Source of the DNA: Eledone cirrhosa | Taxonomy: Eukaryota | Assembly (NCBI GenBank): GCA_964016885.1 | Contig: OZ024741.1 | Coordinates: 216,566,001 to 216,630,000 of the forward strand | DNA length: 64,000 bases | Reading direction: 5' to 3' | Shown here: one piece after another, positions 24,609 through 38,620 of the stretch | How positions within the stretch are numbered: the stretch's first letter is position 1 | Layout of the letters: every line of letters begins with the position of its first letter | The notes under the pieces: generated by a model | What the model was told of the DNA's origin: nothing | Seen by the model: only the letters and a program-made list of their open reading frames with translations | The model's database searches: none | Made by a program: the position numbers and the translations under genes

Positions 24609-25415
24609 GAGAATGTCTGTCTGTCTGTCGGTCTCCCTAAAACTCGAGAACCACCCAACCGATTTTTTTAAAACTTTACACATGTAATACTTGTCGTCAT
24701 GTGGGTGTTTTGAGCACAAAATATTTCAAATTTTCAATGTCCTGGGGACCGCATTAAGCACTGGTTAGCGATCTCTCTCTCTCTTTCTTAGTCTGTCTCT
24801 TTAGATAGATACATAGCTATAACGTCGCACCCTTATAATATCTGTCTGTATGTCTGATGTCTGCATTACGACATTATGACAAATATTGTTCTCATGGCTG
24901 ACGTATTATCTTCGCTATTTTCCGTTCATTGCCAGGGAACGTCTTCACGAACCAAAGAATCGTCTTCCTGTTTTCCTTCGGTTGCAACGATTTTCGAAAT
25001 ATTTACTTCTGCGTTTACAGATTTTTTTAGTTTGAGAAGATGCCGTTAAGGGCGAAAGCAGCGATTCTTTGCTTAAAATTGAATCTGTTATTTTAATATA
25101 TATATATATCAAGAAAGAAGAGTGACACGGTTTCCTATACAATAAGGGCTTTAATCACATTGCCGACAATTGTTTCTCTGAACTGGTAGGTCTACAGATC
25201 GCTACCCGCCTGTTTCTGCGTCAATCGATCACCAATACATAGTTATAACCAGTCAATTCATCAGAGCTAGCGAAATCACCGCGTACTCGCAACATCTCTA
25301 TGGAAACGCCTTGTTGAGTCAAACTTAGCTAAGCGTTGATACCATCCTACTACTCGGAGTACCCTAACTGGACTACACCTGAGTGGACTACCTATAACAA
25401 TAATCTGTTATCCCG

Positions 25416-25479
<64 letters not shown>

Positions 25480-25602
25480 TACAAAATGTAGCACCATCCC
25501 CAGGCCGAGATATTCCGTACTTCTCTGTACTGTTTCAGAAAGGAAGGATAAACATGCCAATCTATGTTTAGAATTCCGAGCAACGCCGGGCCATTCTGCT
25601 AG
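24600..25602 (+). mobile_element. Probable non-autonomous Helitron with nested insertions
   Basis: 5' TATAAAA..(TGTC)n..CCGATTT..AAACTTT; 3' CCGAGCAACGCCGGG hairpin, then CTAG followed by T. Confidence 0.5.
25162..25267 (-). ncRNA. Hammerhead-like motif with enlarged stem II domain
   Basis: GCT-CTGATGA-ATTGACTGGT...ACCAGTTCAGA-GAA-ACAATTGT-C-GGC; homologous to 28000-28112. Confidence 0.5.
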
Positions 25603-25619
25603 TATATATATATATTCTT

Positions 25620-26130
25620 GTGGCGCTAAACTCCGCCAGCTGCAGACTGCACATTAACATGTGATATCTCTCTTCACAAAGTTCGTTTACCAGCAGCAGA
25701 GTTCAAAGAGCAAAGGTCAAGTCCAGTCTATAGGTTGACATTATCAAGCCATCGTTTTGGCTGCCGCCCTCTGCTTCTCTTACCAGCCAACTTTCTTGCC
25801 AGGCATAACCGACTCACACCACGAGTTGATCTTTGTATATGGCCATATAGTTTGAGTACTCTTGACTTGACAATTGATGTAATTCGTCTAAGTTTGGTAA
25901 TGTTAAGCAGTTCACTGATACAGATACGGTCGCTGAGCTGCTTGTCAGTCATAAGTCTCATGGTGTGGTTCTGGAATGTAGAGAACTTCTGAAGTGACCT
26001 TGTCATCCAATTAACACAGTCAAGACCATATAACACAACTGGTAGGATGTAAGTATCAAAGATGTTAGCCTTCAAATAATAGGAAAACTCGTTTTGATGT
26101 TAGCACTTCCTTGCTCTTGTTGAAAGCTGC
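25620..26130 (-). pseudogene. RTE-like LINE 3' fragment
   Basis: KANIFDTYILPVVLYGLD, LKLYGHIQR, GKRSRGRQPKRWLDNV. Confidence 0.8.
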
Positions 26131-26172
26131 CCACACACACAAATATATAATATGTATATATATATATATATA

Positions 26173-26328
26173 CAGTAGAATTCCGTTATAACGAAATTCT
26201 CGGGGAATGAAAAAATTCGTTGTATCGAAAAATACTTTATAACGAGATCGACTTAAGACATCGAGTGTGTGGCCGGGATTGAAAGAAATTTCGTTATAAT
26301 GGTATTCGTTATAACGGAATTATACCTG
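26173..26328. mobile_element. MITE, Tc1/mariner (pogo/Tigger-like ends)
   Basis: TA|CAGTAGAATTCCGTTATAACGAA ... TTCGTTATAACGGAATTATACCTG|TA, with internal CGTTATAAC subrepeats. Confidence 0.8.
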
Positions 26329-26405
26329 TATATATATGTATGTGTGTGTATTTTGGGAGGGTTATGTTCCATTTCTATTTACTATTATAATTCATTATTA
26401 TAATT

Positions 26406-26585
26406 TGGATTGGCAGTATCGGTAGAGGGTCGGACGCTATGCTTTCCAGCATAGTTACGCCCCTTTACGATCTGAGTTCAAATCCCGCCGAGGTTGACTT
26501 TGCCTTTCATCCTTACGGGGTCGATAAAATAAAGTACCAGTAATGGACTGGGTTATTGCTGGCCTTGTGCCTACAGTAGAAATAA
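26406..26585 (+). mobile_element. tRNA-derived SINE family 1
   Basis: Full A/B-box head, body and tail. Confidence 0.85.
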
Positions 26586-27055
26586 TTATTTTAATTTATT
26601 ATTATATTTCCAGTTAGTTTAATTACCGGTTTATTGATTTGTTGTTTATTGTGATCGAAGCTGGATCCCCACACAATCCTCAGTGACTACTTTTGTGGTT
26701 ATTTTATGTCTCTCCTTTGATGTCTCATCATTTGATGTCTCTCCTTTGATGTCTCACCATCCTGTTTTTGAGAGGTCACAAAGGTGTGACAAAAGAGCTT
26801 CAGTCACAATGAACAACTAAACAACGATCGCGTTATTAAACTAACCGACGGGGAAATTATAATAATAAATATAAATGAAACTCACCGGATGCAGGCATGT
26901 TTTATTGGCAACATGACCTCCAAAGTATAACAATATGTTTCAACGCACGATTTCAGATTAAAATCTTGCAAAACAAATATAAAAACGAAGCATATATATA
27001 TACATACATATATAGTATCTATATATTATATATCTATCTATCTATCTCTCCCCGC

Positions 27056-27125
<70 letters not shown>

Positions 27126-27127
<2 letters not shown>

Positions 27128-27155
27128 TAGCAGTGGTACCCGGCGTTGCACGGGA
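27126..27155 (-). mobile_element. Helitron-type 3' terminus
   Basis: Reverse complement CCCGTGCAACGCCGGGTACCACTGCTAG|T, similar to 25576-25602; inner extent unresolved. Confidence 0.55.
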
Positions 27156-27999
27156 TAAGGTATTTTGGAATGCGAGCCGCCAACAGACCTAATCGTGGAA
27201 AAACTGCATGCCTGGACATTATGTAAAGAAAATAAACCGAATACTCTGATGGCTGGATAATCTTTAAGATTTTCCTCGATGAAGCAGGAAAAATGCCGGT
27301 TTTCACCTAATGCGGGTCCTAGGAGATCAAGAGAATGAATTGTTTTTATGTTGCATAATATGCCTTGAAATTTCGCGAAAATCGGCTAGACTTAACGCCT
27401 CCAAAAAGCCCTAAGGAGCTGAACAAATGAAGTTTTTCACCTAGTGCGGGCCCTAGGATCACTGGATCATAAATCTCTGAACATCTTTTTCACCCTCTCT
27501 CCCTGAAACAGCATCAATCCCATTAAGATAGAACAATCAGCAAAACATTTACAAGAAAAGTTTATCAAACGTCCCTTCACCCTTAGCCCGTAAATCTCAT
27601 ACATGTATCCCCCAATTAATCTCTAATTTATTGCTTTTTCTTCTTTTATCTGCCACTACTTCAGACCCTCTACACTTATCTATGTATATCTCGAATCTGG
27701 TTTATCATGTTAGCACTAAACCCAGCAAGGAATCCTTATAAGAACATTTATGCACCACTACTACAAACATACTCTGTACTTACATGCTCTCACTTATCCT
27801 TATTCATTTATTTATATTTTCCATTTTCTCATTTTCTTACTTTTTTAATGTATCCTATCTTATCTTTTACTTTTTACTTTTTACATCTGTAACGTCTCTA
27901 CCTATTTACCATATATGTTTTATTATTGATGTTATTGTTTTGATTATAGGCTATTCTTCTATATTTATCTTGCCTCGAGTGAATTATTTTTATATCTAC

Positions 28000-28112
28000 G
28001 TACTCGGATGTGTTGACCAGAGGTAAATAATGTATTGGAGATCGAGTGACGCAACTTCAAGCGATTAACGATCCCTCTATACTCACCTGATCAACGAAAC
28101 AATTGTCAGTAC
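28000..28112 (+). ncRNA. Decayed hammerhead-like motif with enlarged stem II domain
   Basis: GTACT-CGGATGT-GTTGACCAG...CTGATCAAC-GAA-ACAATTGT-C-AGTAC; stems intact, two core substitutions. Confidence 0.55.
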
Positions 28113-28169
28113 TTAAAATAAAGCCCCTTATTGTACGCCAACCATGTTACTCTTCATTCTTTCACTATG

Positions 28170-28278
<109 letters not shown>

Positions 28279-28665
28279 TTCGTTTTATATTTGTTTTGCA
28301 ATATATATATATATATTGCATAGACACACTGGGAGAGGAAGAGGGAGAGGTTAACATATGTTGATGCCCTAAGGACAGACACTGGTCTCTTGGAGACGCA
28401 GGAGATGGCAGCGATAATGAGGGACAGAGACCACTGGAGAGAACTCGTCCATAGATCACGGCAATTTTACCCGCCCTAGATAGAGATAGATATATTAAAA
28501 TAATAGATTAAAGTTTAAGCGAAGAATCGCTGCTTTCACACTTAACGCAATCTTCTGAAACAAAAAAAAGTATTTGCTCTACGGTTTTAGATATTTTATA
28601 TATATATTATCCTTATCGAGCACTCTTTGGATTTTAGTCTTCACATATATTATTATCATTATTAT

Positions 28666-28744
<79 letters not shown>

Positions 28745-29051
28745 TATAAACGTAATCCTGGTATGTGTATATGCATTTTTTCTTCTAACTTTAATTTTAT
28801 ACCTAATTGTGTATGGTTGATGGTATATTTAATCAATTTCCACGTACTATTGAAATGTTGGGTAAACATTCTATAGCGGTTGATCGCGAATATATGGCAG
28901 TCGTTTATTTACCTACTATTTCTTCATAGGTGCCTTTTAATCTTATAGCCTGGTTTAATTGTTTTTTTTTTTTTTGTGTGGTTGATTATGCTAATTGGGA
29001 GAGGAAATGGTGTATATATATTATCAAATGATTCTATGGACATATTTTATA

Positions 29052-29086
<35 letters not shown>

Positions 29087-29466
29087 CAAGGTTTAGCAAA
29101 TAATGAAAAAGTTTCAAAATAAATTAAAAAAAATTAACTTTACTTACTATAGTTACCTTTACCGAATCGGTTTAGAATCTCAAAAATAAACGGAGACCAT
29201 ACAGCCTTCGTTGCAAAGAAAGATTCTCGTCAGAAGGTTCTTTTCATTCGAAGAATATAAAATTCTTGAATTTAAATTACGAACTAGCGCTATCCAAAAC
29301 TGTTCCCGAGATGAGAGTAAATGGAGTGGAATCAATTTTTTCAAGGGCCGAAGTAAAGATAGAGGCAGAGGGAGGTAGGTCAATCGGCCACCACTATCGC
29401 TAGCAGCACTCGGAACGACCAAATTTTTTCTCAACATAGAGGAAATGTGCGTGTAGGAACACATAT

Positions 29467-29514
<48 letters not shown>

Positions 29515-29517
<3 letters not shown>

Positions 29518-31615
29518 TAAAAGAGAAAACACAGGTAAGCATTAAGAGAAGGATTTTATCCAGGTATTTACGACCGTTTCATTGGTAAGTGCAACCTTAT
29601 ATTGCTATACTGCAAATAGCAGCCACTCAAATATAATTGTTGTTCACAGTCCAAATTTTCAAAATAGTGAGTAAGTTACTCTTGAAATAATTCTTAATAT
29701 ATAGAGAAAAATATTTATTTGGAATTGTATTTACTAGTATATAGAGAGAGGAGTCCGAAGGTGAGGGGACAAACGGAATAGTATAGAGAGAGAGGAAGGG
29801 GGAAGAGGTAGGAAGTAGAGTGATGGAGAGAGGGGTAGAGGTGGAAGGATTCCTTGGTCAGCTTTGATAGCAGACTTCATGTCGTGGAATGTAGTGAGTT
29901 AAAGAGAATTAAATTGATCATAGTGGGAGGGATGGATAGAGAGGGAGAGAGAGAGAGGGGGGAGATATAAAGAGATAAATATATATATATATATATAAAA
30001 AATAAAGATAAAGATAATAATGACAAAAATAAAAGCAAAGATGGGGGTGAGAAAGAAGAAAAGAAAAGATAGCCAAGAAGGGAGGGAAGGAATGAAGAAA
30101 ACGAAGAAATAGAAGAGGAATGAGGGAGAAGAGGGGATATATTTATTGCTTAACGCTCAAAAGATACATAACAACACCAAAACACAAATTTACAACAATA
30201 ACAATACAATCACCACCGAACACAACAGAATATCTAATACACAACCACCCACTAATAGGCAAACAAAACGTAACACACTTGTACAGGCATCGCAACGCAC
30301 CAATAATGCCCAATAATGCCCATGACAAGAACGGTAACTGCCACCTACCTGAAACCTGCCCATTACATAATGAATGTATGCAGTCTAACCTGGTTTACCA
30401 ATGCACAGTGGAATCAGACAACCAGAAATGGTATTACATCGGAGCGACTGGGAATACATTTAAAGCCCGTTGGTATACACACCGTTACGCAATGAAACAT
30501 TCCCAGCACCGTTATGTAACTACCCTTGCAAACAAGACCTGGCAACTGAGGGAAAGTAACCATCAATACACCCTGAAGTGGAAAAAATTATCGAACGCGC
30601 CCCATATCGGAGTGGTATGAGAAGCTGTCGATTATGCGACCTTGAGCTGTTCCACATCTTGAGTTCGAAGAATAAGTTACTCAACAATAAAATAGAAAGA
30701 TCAATTTATTGTAACCATAGACTCAAAGAGAAATTTTCGCACTACAAATCGAACCCTTAACCTCTTACTACCAACTGACAAACTGCATATACTTAGACTT
30801 TATACCCTCTTGTTGTATCTAAACCCTTTTAATTACCCACGAAACCAATACATATATCCCCCTCTTCTCCCTCATTCCTCTTCTATTTCTTCGTTTTCTT
30901 CCTTCCTTCCCTCCCCTTCTTGGCTATCTTTTCTTTTCTTCTTTCTCACCCCCATCTTTGCTTTTATTTTTGTCATTATTATCTTTATCTTTATTTTTTA
31001 TATATATATATATATTTATCTCTTTATATCTCCCCCTCTCTCTCTCCCTCTCTATCCATCCCTCCCACTATGATCAATTTAATTCTCTTTAACTCACTAC
31101 ATTCCACATGAAGTCTGCTATCAAAACTGACCAAGGAATCCTTCCACCTCTACCCCTCCCTCCATCTCAGGTTGTCACTCTACTTCCTACTTTTCCCCCT
31201 TCCTCTCTCTCTATACTATTCCATTTGTCCCCTCACCTTCGGACTCCTCTCTCTATATACTAGTAAATACAATTCCAAATACATTTTTTTCTCTATATAT
31301 TAAGAACTATTTCAAGAGTAACTTACCCACTATTTTGAAAATTTGGACTGTGAACAACAATTATATTTGCGTGGCTGTTATTTGCAGTATAGCAATATAA
31401 GGTTGCACTTACCAATGAAACGGTCGTAAATACCTGGATAAAATCCTTCTCTTAATGCTTACCAGTGTTTTCTCTTTTATACTTTATACTCCAAGATTGA
31501 ACGGAATTCTTACAAACTTGTGGAGTTACCCCTAACCGTACGTTAAAACAATCCATGAAACTGGCTTTCTTAACCAAGAACTGGATCACAATAAGCAATT
31601 TTTTGCTTCTCTAAC
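29515..31615 (+). mobile_element. 5'-truncated Penelope-like element with inverted pLTR (arms about 29515-30145 and 30850-31483)
   Basis: ~630-bp near-identical inverted arms flank a GIY-YIG ORF remnant; (TA)n outside. Confidence 0.85.
30150..30760 (+). pseudogene. Penelope-type GIY-YIG endonuclease domain, frameshifted
   Basis: CPLHNEC..NLVYQCTV...YYIGATGNTFKARWYTH...LKWK / IIERAPY..CRLCDLELFHI..LLN. Confidence 0.85.
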
Positions 31616-31694
31616 TATATATATATATATCGACTTTCGTCAAATTGGACAGCGGAAACAATGTTTCCGTTGGTCTTTCCAATTGCTAATACTT

Positions 31695-31840
31695 TCTATC
31701 GGTCGCAACTCCGGGTAGAAGGAACAACATGAAATAAAGTGTCTTGCTCAAGGACATAACGTATCGCCCGGTCAAGGAATCGAACGTACAACATCAAGAT
31801 TGTGAATCCAATTCTCTTACTACTCAGCCACGCGCCTTCA
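31695..31840 (-). mobile_element. tRNA-derived SINE family 2 (CORE-like CCTTGAGCAAGACACTTT segment)
   Basis: GGCGCGTGGCTGAGTAGTAAGAG head, GTTCGATTCC B-box; other copies at 39991-40230, 40335-40575 and 59118-59298. Confidence 0.75.
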
Positions 31841-32013
31841 CATTTATATATATATACATAGACATAGACATATATATACAATATATATTGCGTATATGTG
31901 TGTATGACTATGTGTGTGTATGTGTGCATGTTTAACTTACTTTGTCAAACGTCGGTTTGAGACATTATTTAAAAACAAATATATGCCTATGGGCGTTTAC
32001 ATGCATGTGTAAG

Positions 32014-32087
<74 letters not shown>

Positions 32088-32789
32088 CCTCTCTCTCTTT
32101 TTCTATCTCTCGCTCTCTCTTTCTCACTACCTCTTTATATATATACATATTTATATATATATATATATTTATGTATATATATATGTATATACATATATAT
32201 ATACATATATATATACATATATACATAAATATATATATATATATGGTGCCTTTGGATATGTGTGCATCTGTGCATATGATCATGTGTATGTACTTACATG
32301 CAGATGGGAACAATTACTTAATTATGATTTAGCATTTTGACGATAATAATTCTGAAGACTGCTTAGTGCAATTGTATTTCGTATATCTCGAATTACATAC
32401 AGGGTGTGGTTATGTCATGACACCGATATCGTTTCAACATCTATCGCTATCAAACTATCAAACATCGCCATTTCTTTCACATGAATTTTCCCTTAACCAT
32501 TACAATATGGTTCACTGCCTGTTATTATAAAGATGCTGCCGGAAAAGCCATGTAGGCAATCATTCGACCTGCTAGAAATAGCATCTAAATCACTCTCAAT
32601 TAGCAACCTATCTTCTTGGGGGGAAATAAATAAAAACAGAATGTGTATTTTTTGTGCAAGATGTAGTGTTTAATAAAGTGAATTTGTTGTAAAATTGTTA
32701 TCTTCTTCAGACAATAGGTAACAGTAGCACTCGGGTTTTTTGTAGCATCGTTGAAGCTTTTGAAACATTGAAATTTTTGAGACTATATT

Positions 32790-33115
32790 TTGAAACTAAA
32801 ATAGTTATATTGTACAGGATTGGGAAGTGAATTTATCTAAGACTTTGTTGAAACTAAAGTAACTACATCATGGACGAGTCATTTTAGCGACAATTGTACA
32901 TGACGGGAAAGTTACTTGACCTAAGATTATGTTGAAACGAAAGCAATTACATTATGGAAGTTATTTTAGACACAGTTATGTTTGACTTGATCTGAGATTG
33001 TTTGTTGAAGCTAAAGAAATTACATCGTGGAAGAGGCATTTTAGCCACAGTTGTATTTGTCTGAGATTTGACTTGATCCGAGATTGTGAATTGAAACTAA
33101 AGCCATTACATCATC
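32790..33115. repeat. Degenerate minisatellite, ~60-90-bp unit, about 5 copies
   Basis: Recurrent GAAACTAAAG..ATTACATC..GGA..CATTTTAG..ACAGTT..ACTTGA.CT.AGATT. Confidence 0.65.
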
Positions 33116-33190
33116 TTAATCATTAAAGAATGAAGATATATAAACTTTTGAATTTCAATACAAGCAATATATATCACATACACCTCCATA

Positions 33191-33221
<31 letters not shown>

Positions 33222-33223
<2 letters not shown>

Positions 33224-33331
33224 GGAACCAGTAAGACCCCGACGGTTGAGCTCAAGCCGTTTCGACGGCTAATTCTGGAATTAGCCGTCGAAACGGCTTG
33301 AGCTCAGCCGTCGGGGTCTTACTGGTTCCTA
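33222..33331. repeat. Near-perfect GC-rich palindrome, ~54-bp arms
   Basis: TAGGAACCAGTAAGACCCCGACGG...GCTAATTC(TG)GAATTAGC...CCGTCGGGGTCTTACTGGTTCCTA. Confidence 0.9.
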
Positions 33332-33408
33332 TTACCCACTCTACTACCCCAAGTATTGAGTACTTTGGTGCGTTATGGTCCACCTGGTTCCTTACCACAT
33401 TTCCTTCG

Positions 33409-33480
<72 letters not shown>

Positions 33481-33596
33481 TAGATTAACATATACATAAA
33501 CTAGACACAGCCATAGATATATATATATGTTTTTTTGGCAACCATTCACGGTGTGGCTCAATGATGAAATAATTAAATAATCAACAATCAGAGCAA

Positions 33597-34202
33597 TATA
33601 TAAGAAAGTAAGTCCATAGAATCATCTGATAAAATATATTCAGTATTTCCTCTCCCAATCAGCATAATTAACCACACAAAAATTCAATTAAACGAGGCTA
33701 TAAGTTTAAAAAGTACCTATGAAGAAACAATAGATAAATAAATAATAGCTATTTCATCCGCGATCAACAGCCACAGAAGATTTATCTAGTATTTCTAATA
33801 GCCCGTAGAAATTGATTAGACATATAGCCAACCATACACAATTAGGTACAAAATCAAAGTTAGAAGAAAAAATGTACATAAACATACTAAAATTATGTAT
33901 GTTTATGTACATTTTGGTATGTTTATGTACATTTTTTCTTCTAACTTTGATTTTGTACCTAATTGTGTATGGTTGGCTATATGTCTAATCAATTTCTACG
34001 GGCTATTAGAAATACTAGGTAAATCTTCTGTGGCTGTGTATCGCGGATAAAATAGCTATTATTTATTTATTTATTGTTTCTTCATAGGTATATTTTAAAC
34101 TTATAGCCTCGTTTAATTGATTTTTGATTTTTTGTGTGGTTAATTATGCTGTGGTTAATTATACTGTATATATTTTATCAAATGATTCTATGGACTTACT
34201 TT

Positions 34203-34210
<8 letters not shown>
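33597..34210. repeat. ~300-bp inverted repeat (probable pLTR fold-back); diverged relative at 28770-29045
   Basis: 33597-33888 mirrors about 33916-34210. Confidence 0.8.
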
Positions 34211-34288
<78 letters not shown>

Positions 34289-34426
34289 GATAGAACAAGT
34301 TTAAAACTAGTTAGACCATTACTCAACAGAGTACTCGATACTTAGAGTAGTAGAGTATGGTTATATTATAAAGATCCCGACTCTTTATAATATATATATA
34401 TAGAGAGAGAGAGAGCGAGAGAGAAA

Positions 34427-34501
<75 letters not shown>

Positions 34502-34532
34502 ATATATTGTTCAGTATTTTTGACATATATAC

Positions 34533-34613
<81 letters not shown>

Positions 34614-35110
34614 TAAAAGGAAAAGAAAATGCTGACAAATTGTTCCCAGTGAAAAATAGTTTAATTAGGAATAAATAAAAATTAGTAATAAGTATTGATT
34701 AGTATTCAGTTCTAGTTTTAAGTTTTTACCGGTTGCGCATTTCTAATGCTTTTCAAAATTAATTTTGAAATTCTACCTGTTTTATATGAAAAAAGTGGCT
34801 CCAGAGGTATTAAAATAAGTTTCGCGCCAATTCGTGTTGCAAAAATTCTTGTGGTCAAAACAATTTTGATTGGTCGGTAGAGGTCACGTGAATGTTAAAA
34901 ATTGATTTTGCGCCAAGTGTAGGTTTGTCGAAGAGTGTCCTTTTTCGCCTGATTGAGAAGTCACTGAAAAATAAGTATTTTAAGACAAATATGTGTGTGT
35001 GTGTGTGTGTGTAGTAAAGAGGTTCATTGTTGTGATAATAGTCAGTAGGGATGTGTGTGTGAATTGCAGTCATGTTGAAAGGTCAACAGTTCAGGTGCCT
35101 ATTAAGACAC

Positions 35111-35162
<52 letters not shown>

Positions 35163-35826
35163 CAGAGAAATTCGTGGTAGTGGGATCGCCCAGTAGGAAT
35201 GTGTCTGTACGTGTGTGGGGGATATTTTAACATGTTGAAAGATATATTTCAGCTCTTGTCTTATACGGAGAAGTGTGTGTGTGTGTATATGTCTCTTTGT
35301 ATGTTAGTGTACGCGTGTGTATGTATGTGTATATATATGTGTGTAACTGTGTGTGTATATGTGTGTGAGGGGGGAGGGGGACCAGTATTTTTGTGATACT
35401 GGTAAAAATGGTGTACATTATTCGATATTTTCAGCAAAAACGATTCTCTTAAGAGAACATCAAAAACCTTAATAATAAAAGGTGTGAAATGATATATAGT
35501 ATTGTCATAACACCAAGGTGTGTGTGAGTGTCCAGATTGTACGTACTGCAAGGGGAATCCATTAGGCCCTGCCGTATTGGAATACTTGTGTACAAATATG
35601 TATGTGCCCATCAGTGTGCAATGCATGTGTGCGTATATGTATGTGTGTGTGTCGGCACGTTTATATCTATAGACATCAAAAGGTATGCAAATTTGTGTAT
35701 ATTTGTGTTGCAACATAGAACATGTGTGTTTACGTATGTCATTGTGTTTATATGTGGATAGAGATGTATGTAGGATGTATGCTGATGTAGGTATGTATGT
35801 TGACGTGTGTGTGTTGTGGGTTCGTC

Positions 35827-38000
35827 TTAGGGAGAAGTGTTTAGACGGGGTCCGTATTTGTTAATAAAGTGAGATTCCTTGCTGATGCGCTGGGTGTGGG
35901 TGGCATTATCTTTAAATTTGTAGAGGGGAAAGATTCTAAAGTTGGGATGATTTGGGGCGGTACAGGTATCAATGTGTTCACTCAGTGGTATTTTCCTGTA
36001 TTCCCGTATTTTAATTTGGGTTCTATGGACAGTCATGCGTTGGCGGTGGCTGTTTTTGGTCTGGCCTATGTATTGTTCTCGACAACTTGAGCAAGTTAAT
36101 ACATATAATAGATTTTCTGATGCGCATGTGAAATTGTGTTTTACTATAACACGTTGTCCTTCTTTGAAATAAAATTCCGAACCCTCTATTAGGTTGATGC
36201 ATATGCCACAGTTGGGTCTATCGCATTTTTTTACTGTGGGTTTCGTTGTTGAGGTTGGCAGTACTTTGGCATGTGTTAGGATGTTTTTCATTGACTTAGA
36301 TTGTCTTTTGCTCTTTATGATATCGTGTGTTCGAAGGATTTGGTTCATTCTATGGTCCTTTTTTAACACAGGGATGTTCTGGAGGATGGTGTCAAAGGCC
36401 TCATTGTTGAGGGGTTGTGTGTGGAGATGTATGGAAGAGCTTTTAGTTTCGGTTGATTTACTTTAGGGTGTCTAAGGTCCTGGGTACTGAGTTTTAGGGC
36501 TCGTTGGATTCCATTGTCAATTAGTGATGCAGGGTAGTCCCTGCCTATGAGTGTGTCCTTTAGTTCTTGTAACCGTAAGTAACAGGTGTTTTTATTGGAG
36601 ACTATAGTACAGATTCTCTTGGCTAAGTTGTAGGGAATATTAATTTTAACGTATCTAGGGTGGCAAGAGTTGAAAGAAAGATATTGTTTGGAGTCTGTGG
36701 TCTTGTAGTATATGTCTGTTTCTATTTTTTTGTTATGAATCTTAATGAGGATGTTGAGGAAGAGGAGTTGTTGATGGCTGTATTCCATCGTAAAGTTAAT
36801 ATTCGTGTTGAGCCCATTTATAAGGGTGTGAAATTCTTTAAGTTTCTCGATGATATCGCTTCCAGTTCTTTTCTATGTGTAAGTGGAGAGTGTTTCAAAA
36901 TTTGTTTAGTTCTTTAGTGTAGAGGGTGATTTCCAGGTATCCCATGACTAGGTTGGCATAAGTGGGGGCTGTTTTCGTTCCCATAGCGGTCCCATTTTTC
37001 TGCCTGTAGGATTTGTTATTGAAAACGAAGTAATTGTTCTCCAAGATAAATTTGAGTCCATCTATCACGAATTCTTTTTTGATGCGTTGTGTGAGTTCAT
37101 TGTGATAATTATCCAGCCAGAATTGGATAGCTTCTATTCCTAGGTTGTGGGGGATGTTGGAGTATAGGTTGACTACATCGAACGTCACTAGTAGGGTTTG
37201 TTCAGAAAGGGGCATATTAGGGAGGTGATTGAGCATATCTAGGTCATCCCTTATATAGCTTTTGATGTGTTTGAGAAAAGGCTTGAGAAGGGTATCAATG
37301 AAGTTGCTAAGGCGGTGGGTTTCGCAAGCGGGGCCTGCTATTATAGGTCTTAATTTGAGATCATTGGGTGAGGGGACATTGATGACTATGTCTGTGGCTT
37401 CCTTGCATGCCTTACTTATTAATTCGCTTTTATGTACTTTAGGGATACCGTAGAAAAGGCTGGATTTACTTGTGAAGTCTGTGATGAAGCTGAATTCCTT
37501 GTTAGTGAGTCCTTCTTTGTATTGGTTGATCAGAGTTTTTAGGTTTCTCATAATTTTCTGTTGATTGTGGTGCCTTTTCGTAGTATGTTTCGTTTTCCAA
37601 AGTGGAGAGCTCTAAGTTGATATAGAATTCTGTCTCCATTAGGACTACTGTACTCCCTTTATCAGCCTCTTTAATTGTAATGGTTCTGTCGGTTTTTAAT
37701 CTATTTAATTCTTCCCATTCTTTCTTGTTGAGGTTTAGCTTGTGTTTTTGTCTGTGCAAGTGTTGGTAAGGGAAGTTTGTGATGTGTTCACAGAATTCGT
37801 CCAGGATTTTATTTCTACCTTTTGATGGGGTGTAGTTACTCTTATTTCTGGCTAATGATTCATCCTCATTGTACTGGTCGAATAGTTCTTCACTGAGTCG
37901 TAACTTTCTACAGAAGTCTGTGATGTCTTCCTTCATTTCATAGTAGTTAGGACGTAGTGGGGTCGGTGTGAATAAAAGACCTTTGGAGAGTAAGTTGATA
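35827..38000 (-). pseudogene. Penelope-like element ORF (RT + GIY-YIG), frameshifted, catalytic DD deleted
   Basis: [90 protein letters not shown]. Confidence 0.92.
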
Positions 38001-38001
38001 A

Positions 38002-38099
<98 letters not shown>

Positions 38100-38327
38100 G
38101 TCAAAAATACTGAACAAAATATATATATTCTGTTTATCAGACATGGATATATAATTTGAAGGTTATTCACGAAGGAGGGTTTAAAAATAACAAAATAGAA
38201 CCTTATTTCCCACCCCCTCCACCTTCAACCCGTCCTTAGTTGGCCTTTTACTCTAAACACACAGAAGAGAGAAGAGTTGAGTTCTAAATACTTTTTCCAT
38301 GACACACGGTTAATTGACTGAAGGAAG

Positions 38328-38620
38328 GTGGTGATGGTGGTGGGGGGGGGGTGATGGTGGCGGTGGCGGCGGCCGTGATAGTGGTGGTGGTGGTGGTGGC
38401 GGTGGTGATGATGATGGTGGTGTTAGTGGTGATAGTGGTGATGGTGTCGGTGGCAGTGGTGCTGGTGATGGTGGTGGTGGTGGTGTTAGTGGTAGTGGTG
38501 GTGGTGGTGATGATGGTGGTGATAGTGGTGGTGGCGGTGGTGATGATGATGGTGGTGGTGGTGGTAGTGGTGGTGGTGGTGGTGTTAGCAGTGGTGGTGG
38601 GTGTGGCGGTGGTGGCTTGG
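38328..38620. repeat. (GGT/GAT)n degenerate trinucleotide repeat
   Basis: Read directly. Confidence 0.9.

Noticed and set aside
31355-31432. GAAACGGTC-GTAAAT as the 3' half of a hammerhead in the inverted pLTR
   Set aside because: No CTGANGA core at a position compatible with stem I in either arm.
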